Shown here: positions 47,519-58,310 of the stretch, piece after piece | How the letters are laid out: every line of letters begins with the position of its first letter | Position numbering within the stretch: the first letter of the stretch is position 1 | Source: a bacterium | GTDB taxonomy: Bacteria > Patescibacteriota > Patescibacteriia > Patescibacteriales > UBA12465 | Assembly (NCBI GenBank): GCA_035402985.1 | Contig: DAONEH010000001.1 | Coordinates: 3,123 to 67,122, forward strand | Direction: 5' to 3' | Length of the DNA stretch: 64,000 bases | Notes under the pieces: model-generated | Databases searched by the model: none | What the model saw: the letters and a program-made list of their open reading frames with translations, nothing else | What the model was told of the DNA's origin: nothing | Program-made: the position numbers and the translations under genes

Positions 47519-48232
47519 TTATTTTAATAATACTCCTTCCTGAGCAACTCTTTGTTTTATTACTGGCTCATCACTAATTATTAGTCCATCTTTTATTTTA
47601 ATTATTCTTTTGGCATGCTCGGCGGTAAAAGTTTCATGTGTAACTAAGATTATAGTATTACCCATTTCATTTAATTTCTGTAAAATTTCCATAATTTGAA
47701 TACCTGATTTAGAATCTAAATTTCCGGTTGGCTCATCAGCTAAAATAACAGAAGGATTATTGACCAAAGCCCGAGCAATAGCCACTCGTTGTTTTTCTCC
47801 ACCTGATATTTGATTAGTAAAAAAATGTAAACGATGTCCTAAACCAACACTATCTAAAACTTTTTTAGCTCTCTCTGACATGTTTTTTCGATTATTAGAA
47901 TAAGTCAAAGGTAAAATTACATTATCTAAAACTGAAGTTTTAGGAAGTAAATTAAAAGACTGAAAAACAAAACCTATTTTTTCATTACGAAAACTAGCTA
48001 ATTGATTATCATTTAATTCATTAACATTTTGTCCCGCAAATTCATAAAGACCACTACTAGATCGATCCAACAATCCTAAAATATGCATTAAAGTTGATTT
48101 ACCTGATCCGGATGGACCCATAATAGAAACAAATTCTCCTTGATCAATGTTAAAAGAAACTCCATGCAAAACTTTAGTAACAACATTATCGGAAATATAT
48201 TCTTTTTTTAAATTCTGAATTTTTATAAGCAT
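47519..48232 (-). CDS. ABC transporter ATP-binding protein (MacB/LolD family)
   Basis: [40 protein letters not shown]; ATG at 48232 follows the adaptor stop. Confidence 0.95.
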   Translation of the reverse strand: MLIKIQNLKKEYISDNVVTKVLHGVSFNIDQGEFVSIMGPSGSGKSTLMHILGLLDRSSSGLYEFAGQNVNELNDNQLASFRNEKIGFVFQSFNLLPKTSVLDNVILPLTYSNNRKNMSERAKKVLDSVGLGHRLHFFTNQISGGEKQRVAIARALVNNPSVILADEPTGNLDSKSGIQIMEILQKLNEMGNTIILVTHETFTAEHAKRIIKIKDGLIISDEPVIKQRVAQEGVLLK

Positions 48233-48233
48233 A

Positions 48234-50144
48234 TTATTTAGTAACAATAGAAGTAATTATTAAATCACCTTCTCTTAATTCTTCTGAAAAAACTTCTGTT
48301 TTTGACTGATCACCATTAATACCAGTTGTTACTATAATATCTGAAACTACTTCATCTTTTAAAACACGAACATATTGTTCACCACTGTCTTTAGTTAAAA
48401 TAGCCCGACTGGAAACAGCAAAAATATTATCTTTAGAATTAGTAATAATATCAACATTAGCGGTCATACCCGATTTAATAATAAAATTATTTTTAGAAAT
48501 TTCATCTTCAGAAAAATTTATTTTAATTTTATAATAAATAACATCAGAAATAGAAGTAGCGGCGGGATCAATAAAATAAACTTGACCATTTATTTTATAA
48601 TCATCGGAAAAAGCATCAAAAGTAATATTAGCTTTATTACCAATTTTTATTTTGGAAATATCTGATTCCGAAATAAAAACTTCAATTTCAAAATTACTAT
48701 CAGCTAATAAATTAATAACCGGAGTAGTCCCGACTACTTGTTCCCCTACTTCCGAATTAATTTCAGTTATTTTTCCGTCAATCGGTGCTTTAATAATATT
48801 ATTTTCGATTTGTTTTTGAATTAAATCTAAATTAGCCATAGCCTGATCAACTTGAGCTTGAGCCAATTTTAAATCATCAAAACTAGCCGGCGATTTAAGT
48901 TTCTTAAGTTGCAAGCCAACTACTTCATAATTTTTATAAGTTGAATCAACTTGAGCTTGAGCTGATGTTAATTGTTGATCGCCACTATTTTTAGCTGAAG
49001 CTAGAGCATTGGTGGCTTGAAGAATTGTATCATTTAAAGCCACTTCCGCTTGTTTAACGGCATCTTGAGCACTAGCTATACTAGTATTATAACTTAAAAT
49101 AGAATTATTATAGGAAAAATAACTAGTTTGATTAGAAGAAATAGCCGCATTTATTAAATCTTTATTAGTATTAACTTTAGCTTTAAAAGCGTCTAAAGAA
49201 GCTTGAGGCAAAGATGAAGAAATAACAGAATTTTCTAAAGCACTAAAACAATTATTTAAAACTAAAAAAACTTCTTGTAAAAAATTTGATAAATCTTCAG
49301 AAGCTAATTTAATATTATCGGCGCTTGGATTATTTTTAGCATTATTAATATTGCTTTCAACTTGAGATAATCTTTCAATTGATTTATTATAAGTTCTTTC
49401 AGTTTCAATTTTATAAGTATAATTTTTAACACTAAAAACATTTTCTAAATCTTCGTCATCTAAAATTCTTTTAACGGCATCTAGCGATGATCGAGCGACT
49501 GATAAATTATAATCTAAAGTAGATAATAAAGAACTTTGATTATTTGTTAATGTTTGTTGAGCAGTTTTTTCAACATTACTTAAATTAATTTTAGCCGATT
49601 CCACTGCTTGTTTAATTGACATGGGAACTTGATAATTAGATACTTTTAAATCATCTAAATTTTTTTGAGCTTGGCTAATATTTTCCTCTACTATTTTTTT
49701 AGTTTTATCGTAATTATCTTTAGCTGAATTATAGGCTGTTTCAGCTTGTTTAACTTGAGCTTCCAGCACCGCTATATCTTCCGAAGGCGCTCCTTTAATA
49801 ATTTTTTCTTGATTAGTTTTAGCAATTTTTAAAGCAGCCTCTGCTTCTTTTTGTTGAATTAAAATAGAAGAATAATCTAATTCAGCTAAAATATCCCCCA
49901 TTTTAACTTCATCACCAACTTTAACATTTAAAGTCTGTAATTTACCTGATTGAGAAAAATTTAAACCAATTTCTTGACTAGCCTTAACCGCTCCAATTTC
50001 ACTAACTGTTTGAACTAAATTTTGTTTCTTCAATTCTACAGTAACATATTCATTTTTATCTTTTTTAAAAACTAAAGAAAAAATAATTGTCAAAATGACA
50101 ATTAAACAAATCCCAGCAATAATAATTACCTTTTTCTTTTTCAT
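48234..50144 (-). CDS. Efflux periplasmic adaptor (MacA/HlyD family) with very long coiled coil
   Basis: N-terminal TM, VKVGD.VK.G..LA.LD, IKAPIDG.I, E.DI.KIK.G..A.ITFDA, GMTANV. Confidence 0.88.
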   Translation of the reverse strand: MKKKKVIIIAGICLIVILTIIFSLVFKKDKNEYVTVELKKQNLVQTVSEIGAVKASQEIGLNFSQSGKLQTLNVKVGDEVKMGDILAELDYSSILIQQKEAEAALKIAKTNQEKIIKGAPSEDIAVLEAQVKQAETAYNSAKDNYDKTKKIVEENISQAQKNLDDLKVSNYQVPMSIKQAVESAKINLSNVEKTAQQTLTNNQSSLLSTLDYNLSVARSSLDAVKRILDDEDLENVFSVKNYTYKIETERTYNKSIERLSQVESNINNAKNNPSADNIKLASEDLSNFLQEVFLVLNNCFSALENSVISSSLPQASLDAFKAKVNTNKDLINAAISSNQTSYFSYNNSILSYNTSIASAQDAVKQAEVALNDTILQATNALASAKNSGDQQLTSAQAQVDSTYKNYEVVGLQLKKLKSPASFDDLKLAQAQVDQAMANLDLIQKQIENNIIKAPIDGKITEINSEVGEQVVGTTPVINLLADSNFEIEVFISESDISKIKIGNKANITFDAFSDDYKINGQVYFIDPAATSISDVIYYKIKINFSEDEISKNNFIIKSGMTANVDIITNSKDNIFAVSSRAILTKDSGEQYVRVLKDEVVSDIIVTTGINGDQSKTEVFSEELREGDLIITSIVTK

Positions 50145-50172
50145 ATAAATAAATTAATATTATTAATTATAA

Positions 50173-50607
50173 TTAATCCATCACCAAACCATCATCCTCT
50201 TCACTTTCTTCCTCTTTATCTGCTTCATCCGTTCGACCCATAATACGCATAACCCTATTAGAGAAAGCATAAATATCAAATTCACTCTTTAAAAAATAAT
50301 AATTAGCCCCTAAACCAACACTACGACTTTTACTATCCTCATCACTCAAATCAGTGAAAATAAAAATTTCGGAATTACTAGTGTCATCATCTTCTTTTAT
50401 TTTTTTAATTATATCTAAACCCTCCAATCTTGGTAAAACTAAATCCAAAATAATAGCTTCAGGTTTAAACTTTTTTATTCTTTTTAATAAATCATCTAAT
50501 TCTTCTGTAGAATCACTAAGCTCCACTTCATAATCATTTGAAGAAAAAATATCACTTAAACCATATAAAATATCAGAATCATCTTCAACTATAAATATTT
50601 TTTTCAT
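50173..50607 (-). CDS. Single-domain response regulator receiver
   Basis: IVEDD, ILDLVLP..EG, FT, GA..Y.LK; acidic tail. Confidence 0.85.
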   Translation of the reverse strand: MKKIFIVEDDSDILYGLSDIFSSNDYEVELSDSTEELDDLLKRIKKFKPEAIILDLVLPRLEGLDIIKKIKEDDDTSNSEIFIFTDLSDEDSKSRSVGLGANYYFLKSEFDIYAFSNRVMRIMGRTDEADKEEESEEDDGLVMD

Positions 50608-50638
50608 ATGTTTTAAAATTAATAATAATTAATATTTA

Positions 50639-51622
50639 TTATTTAATATTTTTTAAATTTAATAATCCATTTTGGGCCCCAAATTTAGTAACCAAAGAAG
50701 CGGTATTCTTCATTCCCCAAGACATTGCCTTTTTATAATCTCCCTCTATTTTTAATAAAGCTCCTAGGACAGTAGAATTAAAGGCATCCCCGACTCCGGT
50801 AGTATCAATTTCCACTGATCTTTTTAAAATAGCTTGATGATAAAAGTTTTTTCCATCATAAATATAAGCCCCATTTATACCATCAGTTAAAATAACAATT
50901 TTAGGACCACAAGCTTTTAAAATTTTTATTAAATTTTCACAATTATTTAAAAAGTCATCATTATAATTAGATAATTGTGGCGTTTTTTTAATAAGTTCTA
51001 AAGCTTCATCTTTATTCACCATAAAAATATCAGTGATCTTTAAAAAACCAGCTATTTTTTTTATACCACCAGACAATTGGTTTAAACCAGGATTCCAAGC
51101 TATTTTATTTTTATTAGCAAAGATATCTTTTAGAAGATTATTACTATTATCAGGTAATGATGTTAAATAAAGCCATTGAGCTTTTTTTAAAAAAACTTTC
51201 TGCTTATCAGTTATTAATAAATTATCGTTAGCTCCACGATAAGAAAAAATAATACGATCTTTCTTATCATTAATAATAAAAGAAAACCCTGTATCTAATT
51301 TTTTATCAATATTAATTAATTTAATATCAATTTTATTATTATTAAAATTTTCTAAAACTCTTTGACCTCGAGCATCATTACCAATATTAGCTAAACAAGC
51401 AGTTTTAAAACCCATTCGAGCTAAATTAACAGCCGTATTAGAAGCTCCGCCACCAAAACCTTGATAATATTCCTTTACATTTATTTTAGAGCCATATTCA
51501 AAAGCTAATAATTTTTGTTTCAAAACATCTTTTTTATTATCAATTATTAAGCCATCTTTAGAAAAAAAGGTTATGTCCTCGGTTACTCCACCGATGGTTA
51601 TAAAATCATAAAACATAAGCAT
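50639..51622 (-). CDS. PfkB family carbohydrate kinase
   Basis: GGGASNTA..LAR.G, IG.D..G, NPG, N..EA, DTTGVGDAF. Confidence 0.92.
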   Translation of the reverse strand: MLMFYDFITIGGVTEDITFFSKDGLIIDNKKDVLKQKLLAFEYGSKINVKEYYQGFGGGASNTAVNLARMGFKTACLANIGNDARGQRVLENFNNNKIDIKLINIDKKLDTGFSFIINDKKDRIIFSYRGANDNLLITDKQKVFLKKAQWLYLTSLPDNSNNLLKDIFANKNKIAWNPGLNQLSGGIKKIAGFLKITDIFMVNKDEALELIKKTPQLSNYNDDFLNNCENLIKILKACGPKIVILTDGINGAYIYDGKNFYHQAILKRSVEIDTTGVGDAFNSTVLGALLKIEGDYKKAMSWGMKNTASLVTKFGAQNGLLNLKNIK

Positions 51623-51654
51623 AAAATTACTTAAAAAACATTATTATTATAGCA

Positions 51655-52191
51655 TTAAAAATGTTTTTTTTCAAAAATTAGGTTATTTAAATAACTTTTT
51701 TTAGGATTTAAAAAATAAAAAGAAATAATTACCCCAAAAAACATCCAGACTATTTCTAGTAATAAATTAAGCCAAAAATTACCACCAAACCAAGAAATTC
51801 CTAAAGAATTTTTATTAACTAAATAAATTAGAAAATAACTAAATAAATTATAAAAGATTGTTATAAATAAACTAACTACTAAAAATGAATAAATAGAACG
51901 ATTGGTAAAAAGGTTTTGCCAAAAAAAATTAGCTAAAACTATAGTTAATAGAAAAGAAAAAGTATATAAACCAAAAGGATAAAAAGAAAAAATATCCATA
52001 ATTATACCAATAATAAAAGAAAATAAAATTGATACTTTAAAATCACGAAAAATAAATAACCAAATAATAAAAAATAAAATTAAATCACAACGAGCCCAAA
52101 AACCAGACCAAGAATTTATTCCTGAAAATTGAATTAAAAATAAAATTAAAGCTAGAAGAATAAAACCAAAAATTTTAAAATATTTAGCCAT
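51655..52191 (-). CDS. mreD: Rod shape-determining protein MreD
   Basis: Five-TM protein with G...DIFS..PFG.Y, downstream of mreC; ATG at 52191 preferred. Confidence 0.75.
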   Translation of the reverse strand: MAKYFKIFGFILLALILFLIQFSGINSWSGFWARCDLILFFIIWLFIFRDFKVSILFSFIIGIIMDIFSFYPFGLYTFSFLLTIVLANFFWQNLFTNRSIYSFLVVSLFITIFYNLFSYFLIYLVNKNSLGISWFGGNFWLNLLLEIVWMFFGVIISFYFLNPKKSYLNNLIFEKKHF

Positions 52192-52198
52192 ATAAATA

Positions 52199-53005
52199 CT
52201 ATTTAGGAATAATAACAGAAACAATACTTAAATTATTAACATCAAATAAAGCTTCAGCATTAACATCTTGCCAAATATCATTAACTTCTTGATTAATAAA
52301 ATTTATTCGACCAACAGCCAAACCTCGAGGAATATCTGGTTCCAAACCTGAAGTAATAATCATATCATTAATATTAAGAGTTTCGCTTTGAGAAACATAA
52401 TTAAGTTTAATTGATAAACCTAAATTCCCTTCAGCTAAACCAATACTATGATCAGAATTATTAGCTGTTACCGCCATTTTACAAAAATTATTACTAATAA
52501 GACAAAGTTTAGAATTTTTATTATTAACTTCAATTATTTTTCCAACAATTACACCAGATTCATTTATTACTGCTAAACCTGTTCTAATTCCATCGTCACT
52601 CCCCTTATTAATAATTAAATTTTGATTATAATTAGAAAAACTTAATAAATTTTCCTGCCAAACAACATTAGCTAAAACATAATCATAAGAATTACTTTCA
52701 AAAAAATTTAAATATTGTTTTAATTTTTCATTCTCTTCTTGTAAAGAATAAAATTTAGCTAACTCCGCTTCTTTAGATTCAATTTGACTTTTTAAAGTAG
52801 TGTTTTCATCAAGTAATTGAGCCTTAGTTGCTTTATTATCTGATTTTTTAGCCGAAGAACTTCTAAGGCTAGAACTAATAGAATTTACTAGTCCACCTAA
52901 AACTTTTTGACCAAAAGAAGAAAAACCAATGATATTTAAAAAAATAAGCAGTAAGACCACTGCCAAAAAAATCTTATACTTTTTTCTTCGTTGTAAAAAA
53001 TCCAT
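52199..53005 (-). CDS. mreC: Rod shape-determining protein MreC
   Basis: TM + coiled coil, EN.KLK..L, INKGS.DG, VGKI, ITSG....PRGL.VG. Confidence 0.92.
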   Translation of the reverse strand: MDFLQRRKKYKIFLAVVLLLIFLNIIGFSSFGQKVLGGLVNSISSSLRSSSAKKSDNKATKAQLLDENTTLKSQIESKEAELAKFYSLQEENEKLKQYLNFFESNSYDYVLANVVWQENLLSFSNYNQNLIINKGSDDGIRTGLAVINESGVIVGKIIEVNNKNSKLCLISNNFCKMAVTANNSDHSIGLAEGNLGLSIKLNYVSQSETLNINDMIITSGLEPDIPRGLAVGRINFINQEVNDIWQDVNAEALFDVNNLSIVSVIIPK

Positions 53006-53009
53006 ATTA

Positions 53010-54053
53010 TTATAAATCTAAAACCGAAGTTATTTTTTTTAATAATTCCTCATCAGCAAATAAGCTACCAGCTCCTCTAACCATAGCTGTTAAAGGATCT
53101 TCCACAACTACTACTGGAATCTTAGTAGCTTTGGCAATTAATTTATCAAAACCATAAAGTAAGGCTCCACCACCACTTAAAAAAAGACCATGTTCATAAA
53201 TATCTCCAACTAATTCTGGTGGAGTTTCTTCTAAAGCTAATTTTATGTTTTCAATTATCTTTATAATAGTTTTTTTAATAGCTTCACGAACTTGAACATC
53301 AGTAATAATAATAGCCGTTGGCAGACCGTTAGTTAAATCACGTCCTCGTATTTCCATAGAACGATCTTCATCAAACGGAATAACTGAAGCTAAATTTATT
53401 TTAATCTTTTCCGCTAATTGTTCACCAATCAAAACATTAAATTTATCACGAACATAATCAATAATATTATTATCTAATTCATTTCCAGCGATTCGAAGTG
53501 ATTTCCAAGAAACAACACCGGCTAAAGAAATAACAGCGATATCAGTAGTTCCTCCCCCAATATCAACAATCATGTTGGCTCGAGGACTATCTACCGGTAA
53601 TCCTGCCCCTAAAGCGCTAGCCATAGCTTCTTCAATTAAATAGACCTTACGAGCTCCAGCTGATTTAGCCGCATCTTTAACAGCTTTTTTTTCTACTTCC
53701 GTAATATCAAGCGGTATACCAATTATAACTCGAGGTCTAGGTAAAAAAGAAAAACCTTCACCATGAACTTTATTTATAAAATGCTTTAACATTTTTTCTG
53801 TAATTTCAAAATCAGAAATAACCCCATTAACTAAGGGTTTAATAGCTTGAATATGAGCCGGAGTTTTACCAACCATTTTTTTAGCTTCAAAACCAATTTC
53901 TAAAATTTCGGTAGTTTTAGTATTAATAGCTACAACACTAGGTTCATTAATAACAATACCCTTTTTATCAATATAAACTAAAGTATTTTTAGTACCCAAA
54001 TCAATAGCAATATCATAACCCAAACTTCCAATTTGTTTTAAAAATTCAAACAT
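53010..54053 (-). CDS. mreB: Rod shape-determining protein MreB
   Basis: IAIDLGT.NTLV, NEPSVVA, VDIGGGTT.IAVISL, LSGGGALL; in mreBCD. Confidence 0.95.
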   Translation of the reverse strand: MFEFLKQIGSLGYDIAIDLGTKNTLVYIDKKGIVINEPSVVAINTKTTEILEIGFEAKKMVGKTPAHIQAIKPLVNGVISDFEITEKMLKHFINKVHGEGFSFLPRPRVIIGIPLDITEVEKKAVKDAAKSAGARKVYLIEEAMASALGAGLPVDSPRANMIVDIGGGTTDIAVISLAGVVSWKSLRIAGNELDNNIIDYVRDKFNVLIGEQLAEKIKINLASVIPFDEDRSMEIRGRDLTNGLPTAIIITDVQVREAIKKTIIKIIENIKLALEETPPELVGDIYEHGLFLSGGGALLYGFDKLIAKATKIPVVVVEDPLTAMVRGAGSLFADEELLKKITSVLDL

Positions 54054-54057
54054 ATTA

Positions 54058-55296
54058 TTATTTATAATTTTTTAAAAAATTAGATAGATTATCAATATCA
54101 ACTAATTTAATTTCATCATCGGTTCTAAGTTTAAATTCAATTTTTTTATCATCTAAAGTTTTAGAACTTACCACTAATCTAATTGGGCAACCAATTAAAT
54201 CAGCATCAGCAAATTTTTCTCCAGGGCTAACATTGTCTCGATCATCATATAATACCTCAATATTTTCATTTAATAATTTTTGATAAATTTTTTCCGCTTC
54301 TTCGTTTTGTTTTAAAGAAATAAGGTGAACAGAAAAAGGAGCAACATTTTTTGGCCAAATCATTCCTTTATCATCATGACAAATTTCAACAATTGTTCCC
54401 ATAATACGACTAGGACCCATACCATAACAACCCATTAAAACTTCTTTATTGTTTTCATCTTTATCTTTAAAAGTAAAATTAAAAGCTTTAGAATATTTAG
54501 TTTTTAATTCAAAAATATTACCTACTTCAATAGCTTTTTTTTCTTCTAAGACAGTATTACCACATTTAAAACAAGCATTTTGTTCAGAAATAATTTCTTT
54601 ATTTATAGCGATATGGCATTTTGGACAAACATAAATAATATCTTCTCCGTTTTCACAAACAGTTTGAAATTCATGTGAATATTTAGAAAAAGTTCCTCCG
54701 GCCGCATAAGTAAAATAAGTTAAATCTCCTAAACCTAAACGATTATAAATTTTTTCATAAGCTTCTTTAACTTTATTATAATATTTACTTAAACTTTCTT
54801 CATCCGCATGAAAGGAATATAAATCTTTCATGACAAATTCTCGACCACGAAGTAATCCAGCTTTAGCTCTTTTTTCATTACGAAATTTAGTTTGAATTTG
54901 ATAAACAGCAAAAGGTAAATCTTTATACGATAAAGTAAATTTTTGTCCTAAAGGGGTAACAATCTCTTCATGAGTTGCTCCTAGAGCATATTCTTTATCA
55001 TCTGAACCAATTAATTTAAATAGAACATCTAAATCATCCCAACGACCAGTTTTTTGCCAATTCTCTTTAGGATTTAAAGCTGGCATTAAAATTTCTTGAC
55101 CGGAAACAGCATTAATTTCTTCTCTAATAATATTATTTATTTTATGTAGAACTTTTAAACCTAAAGGTAAGAAAGTATAAACTCCCGCACTTACCTTATC
55201 AATAAAACCAGCCCTTATTAAAACTTGAGCATTATATGAGGTTTCATCTTTTGGTAATTCTTTAATAGTTTTAGTAAATAGAAGTGATTGTTTCAT
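54058..55296 (-). CDS. proS: Proline--tRNA ligase (short bacterial type, no INS editing domain)
   Basis: L.RAGFI, THEE, YQIQTKFRNEKR..GLLRGREF.MKD.YSF, IEVG.IF.L, MGCYG.G; ATG at 55296. Confidence 0.95.
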   Translation of the reverse strand: MKQSLLFTKTIKELPKDETSYNAQVLIRAGFIDKVSAGVYTFLPLGLKVLHKINNIIREEINAVSGQEILMPALNPKENWQKTGRWDDLDVLFKLIGSDDKEYALGATHEEIVTPLGQKFTLSYKDLPFAVYQIQTKFRNEKRAKAGLLRGREFVMKDLYSFHADEESLSKYYNKVKEAYEKIYNRLGLGDLTYFTYAAGGTFSKYSHEFQTVCENGEDIIYVCPKCHIAINKEIISEQNACFKCGNTVLEEKKAIEVGNIFELKTKYSKAFNFTFKDKDENNKEVLMGCYGMGPSRIMGTIVEICHDDKGMIWPKNVAPFSVHLISLKQNEEAEKIYQKLLNENIEVLYDDRDNVSPGEKFADADLIGCPIRLVVSSKTLDDKKIEFKLRTDDEIKLVDIDNLSNFLKNYK

Positions 55297-55373
55297 ATAT
55301 AAAGAAAACAAGCTTAAAAAAGTAATTTTTAGCTAAAATATCTATAATTATTATATAATGATGATAATATAAA

Positions 55374-55403
55374 AAAATACCTTTGTAAATACTAAGGTAT
55401 TTT
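55374..55403 (-). terminator. Intrinsic terminator after ruvA
   Basis: aaaatacctt-N10-aaggtatttt. Confidence 0.6.
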
Positions 55404-55422
55404 AAATAAAATTATAATCTTC

Positions 55423-55995
55423 TTATTTCGATAATTTCTTTAGAGCTTCTTTTATCCTTTGTCCACTATCAATTATATTTTTATCAACTAAATTTAAGGC
55501 TTCTCGAGCCTCAGAATAAGAATAACCTAATCCCACTAAAGCATCAATCTCATCTCCACCAAAACTAGGAGACGTTAGATCATAATTACCACCTAATTTA
55601 AATATTTTATCTTTTAATTCTAAAACTACCCGTTCAGCTGTTTTTTTACCAATACCCGAGACTTTAATTAATAAATTAGAATCACCTCGAATAATTGATT
55701 CTTTAATATCAGATAAATTAGTCATTGATAAAACACCTAAAGCTGATTTTGGGCCAATACCAGAAACAGAAATTAATAATTCAAAAAACTCTAATTCTTC
55801 TATATTTCTAAAACCATATAAATCAAAAATATCTTCTTTAATATGCTGATGGGTAAAAACCTCTAATTCTTGGCCAATTTTTATTTCATTTAAAAAATTA
55901 TCACTAATATAGATTGAATAACCAATATTATTCAATTCTAAAATAAAACTATTTTTAAGTTTATAAATAACCTTACCTCTTAAAAATGAAATCAT
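55423..55995 (-). CDS. ruvA: Holliday junction branch migration protein RuvA
   Basis: MISFLRG, DLYGF, LISVSGIGPKSAL, VSGIGKKTAER..LELK, ALVGLGY. Confidence 0.96.
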   Translation of the reverse strand: MISFLRGKVIYKLKNSFILELNNIGYSIYISDNFLNEIKIGQELEVFTHQHIKEDIFDLYGFRNIEELEFFELLISVSGIGPKSALGVLSMTNLSDIKESIIRGDSNLLIKVSGIGKKTAERVVLELKDKIFKLGGNYDLTSPSFGGDEIDALVGLGYSYSEAREALNLVDKNIIDSGQRIKEALKKLSK

Positions 55996-56005
55996 AATAA
56001 TTAAA

Positions 56006-57250
56006 TTAATTATATTTTCTTAAAACTGTATAAACGGGAATTTGAAAATTACTCTCAACTTTTAAAATTATTTCTTGTCCCCCACCACCTCCATGAGCCT
56101 CTAAAATACTTTTATTATTTTTAGCATCAATTAATTCCTTAATTGTCATTTTAATTATATCATATTTTGGTAAAACTATCTCAATTTTATCATTAACTTT
56201 AATAGAGTTATGAACTTTAATACGTAAATTGTTTATTATTGTTTTTTTATTCTTTTTTATATTATTAGAAACAACCTGACCACAAAATTCCCATTTAGGT
56301 ACAAAATGAGAATTTTTAATATTTTGTTCAGCTTTTTGACCTAATAAAAAGCCAGTAGTATAACCTCGATTAGTAATTTTATTATTTAATTCTTGATTTA
56401 AAAAATCTATCATTTTAATATCTAACATCGCTCGTTTATAAATACCAATAATATTAGCTAAATAATAGACACTTTTAGCTCGCCCTTCAATTTTAAAACT
56501 AGTAATACCAGCTTTTATTAAATCTGGAATATATTTTATTAAACATAAATCTTTAGAATTAAGTAAATAAGAACCATGTTGTTCTTTAACTAATTCTAAT
56601 TCTTCGCTATGACCCGAAGCTTTTAAAAAAACATCATATTCAAAGCGACAAGGTTGAACACAATCACCTAAATTAGCACTACGATTTACAAAATCTTTTG
56701 ATAAAAAACATCGGCCCGAATAAGCCATACACATAGCTCCATGAATAAAATATTCCAATTCCATTTTAGGACATTTTTTATGAATTTCTTTTATATCTTT
56801 TAAAGTTGTCTCTCGACCTAAAATTATTCTAGTAATACCCTGCTTTTGCCAAAATTTAACAGCTTCATAATTAGTACAATTAGCTTGAGTAGAAAGATGA
56901 ATAGAAATTTTAGGACAATATTTTTTAATAAGGGATAAAATACCAGGATCAGAAACAATTAAAGCATCTGGTTTTATTTTATTTATTTTTTTTAAATAAC
57001 TTGGTATTTTTTTAATATGATCATTATGAGCAAAGATATTTACTGTTATATAAACCTTTTTCTTATTATTATGAATATAGTCAACTGCTTCAGCTAAGGA
57101 TTTTAAATTAAAATCATTAATTCTAACTCGTAGCGAAAAATCAGGTATACCTAAATAAATAGCATCAGCTCCAAAAGCTAAGGCTGTTTTCATTTTTAAA
57201 GGATTACCAGCTGGAGCCAATAATTCTATTGTCTTTTTTCTCTTAAGCAT
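56006..57250 (-). CDS. U32 family protein (TrhP/YegQ-like tRNA hydroxylase)
   Basis: ELLAPAG, GADAIY.G, HLSTQAN, HGAMCMAYSGRC..S....R.AN.G.C.QPCR, KIEGR.KS. Confidence 0.9.
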   Translation of the reverse strand: MLKRKKTIELLAPAGNPLKMKTALAFGADAIYLGIPDFSLRVRINDFNLKSLAEAVDYIHNNKKKVYITVNIFAHNDHIKKIPSYLKKINKIKPDALIVSDPGILSLIKKYCPKISIHLSTQANCTNYEAVKFWQKQGITRIILGRETTLKDIKEIHKKCPKMELEYFIHGAMCMAYSGRCFLSKDFVNRSANLGDCVQPCRFEYDVFLKASGHSEELELVKEQHGSYLLNSKDLCLIKYIPDLIKAGITSFKIEGRAKSVYYLANIIGIYKRAMLDIKMIDFLNQELNNKITNRGYTTGFLLGQKAEQNIKNSHFVPKWEFCGQVVSNNIKKNKKTIINNLRIKVHNSIKVNDKIEIVLPKYDIIKMTIKELIDAKNNKSILEAHGGGGGQEIILKVESNFQIPVYTVLRKYN

Positions 57251-57252
57251 AA

Positions 57253-58302
57253 TTATTTTTTATAGATAATCTCAAAGTCGTCAAAATAATTTCGATTATT
57301 AAAATATTGATTAGTTCTCTTAATAATACGATTCATTATTTCAACTGTTTCTGTAGGATAAGAACCAACGGCCGTTTCATCTGACAACATTACAGCATCA
57401 GCACTATCAAAAATAGCATTAGCGACATCACTAACCTCAGCTCTAGTTGGTCTGTAATGAGTAATCATCGATGACATCATTTGAGTAGCCACAATAGCTG
57501 GTTTATCATGCCAATGAGCATGTCTAATTAAATTTTTTTGAACAATCGGTAAATCTTCTAAAGGAATTTCAATACCTAAATCACCTCGAGCTACCATAAT
57601 ACTATCTGAGTTTTTTATAATTCCATCAATATTTTCTAAGGCAATACCTCTTTCTATTTTAGATATAATTTTAATACTATCATCACTAAGTACTCGTTTT
57701 ACTTTCAAAACATCATCAGCGTTTTGTACAAAAGAAACAGCAATAAAATCAGGTTTCACTTTTTTAGCAAATTCAATATCTAATAAATCTTTAGCTGTTA
57801 AAATATCACGATTTAAAATAGTTTTAGGAACATTTATTCCTTTACGAGGAAAAAGTAATCCACCTCGTTCTACTTTAGCCATAAATTTTTTTTGTAATAG
57901 ATCTATTTCTACAACTTTTAATTCAATTAAACCATTATCTAAAAAAATTGGATTACCTATAACTAAATCATTAATTAATTCTAAGTCATCAATAGGAATT
58001 TCTAAATTATCAATATTACCTTTATTGTATAAAAAAGAATAAACATCTTCTTCTCTCATTTCAACTTCATGTTCTAATTTACCAATTCTAATTCGTGGTC
58101 CTTGTAAATCAAAAATTATTTTAATATCAACTTTTAATTCTTGTTTAATTTTATCTAAACTTTCTTTTATTTTATAATATTGATCGTAAGTAGCATGAGA
58201 AAAATTTAATCTAAACATACTTACCCCATTTAAAACCATTGATTTTAAAATATTATAATCTTCAGATTTAGGTCCAATAGTTGCTATAATTTTAGTATCC
58301 AT
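57253..58302 (-). CDS. pyk: Pyruvate kinase lacking the C-terminal regulatory domain
   Basis: TKIIATIGP, RLNFSH, DLQGP.IR, KIE, MVARGDLG, ATQM..SM, PTRAEVSDVANA..D..DAVMLS.ETA.G.YP. Confidence 0.94.
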   Translation of the reverse strand: MDTKIIATIGPKSEDYNILKSMVLNGVSMFRLNFSHATYDQYYKIKESLDKIKQELKVDIKIIFDLQGPRIRIGKLEHEVEMREEDVYSFLYNKGNIDNLEIPIDDLELINDLVIGNPIFLDNGLIELKVVEIDLLQKKFMAKVERGGLLFPRKGINVPKTILNRDILTAKDLLDIEFAKKVKPDFIAVSFVQNADDVLKVKRVLSDDSIKIISKIERGIALENIDGIIKNSDSIMVARGDLGIEIPLEDLPIVQKNLIRHAHWHDKPAIVATQMMSSMITHYRPTRAEVSDVANAIFDSADAVMLSDETAVGSYPTETVEIMNRIIKRTNQYFNNRNYFDDFEIIYKK

Positions 58303-58310
58303 AAATTTTA

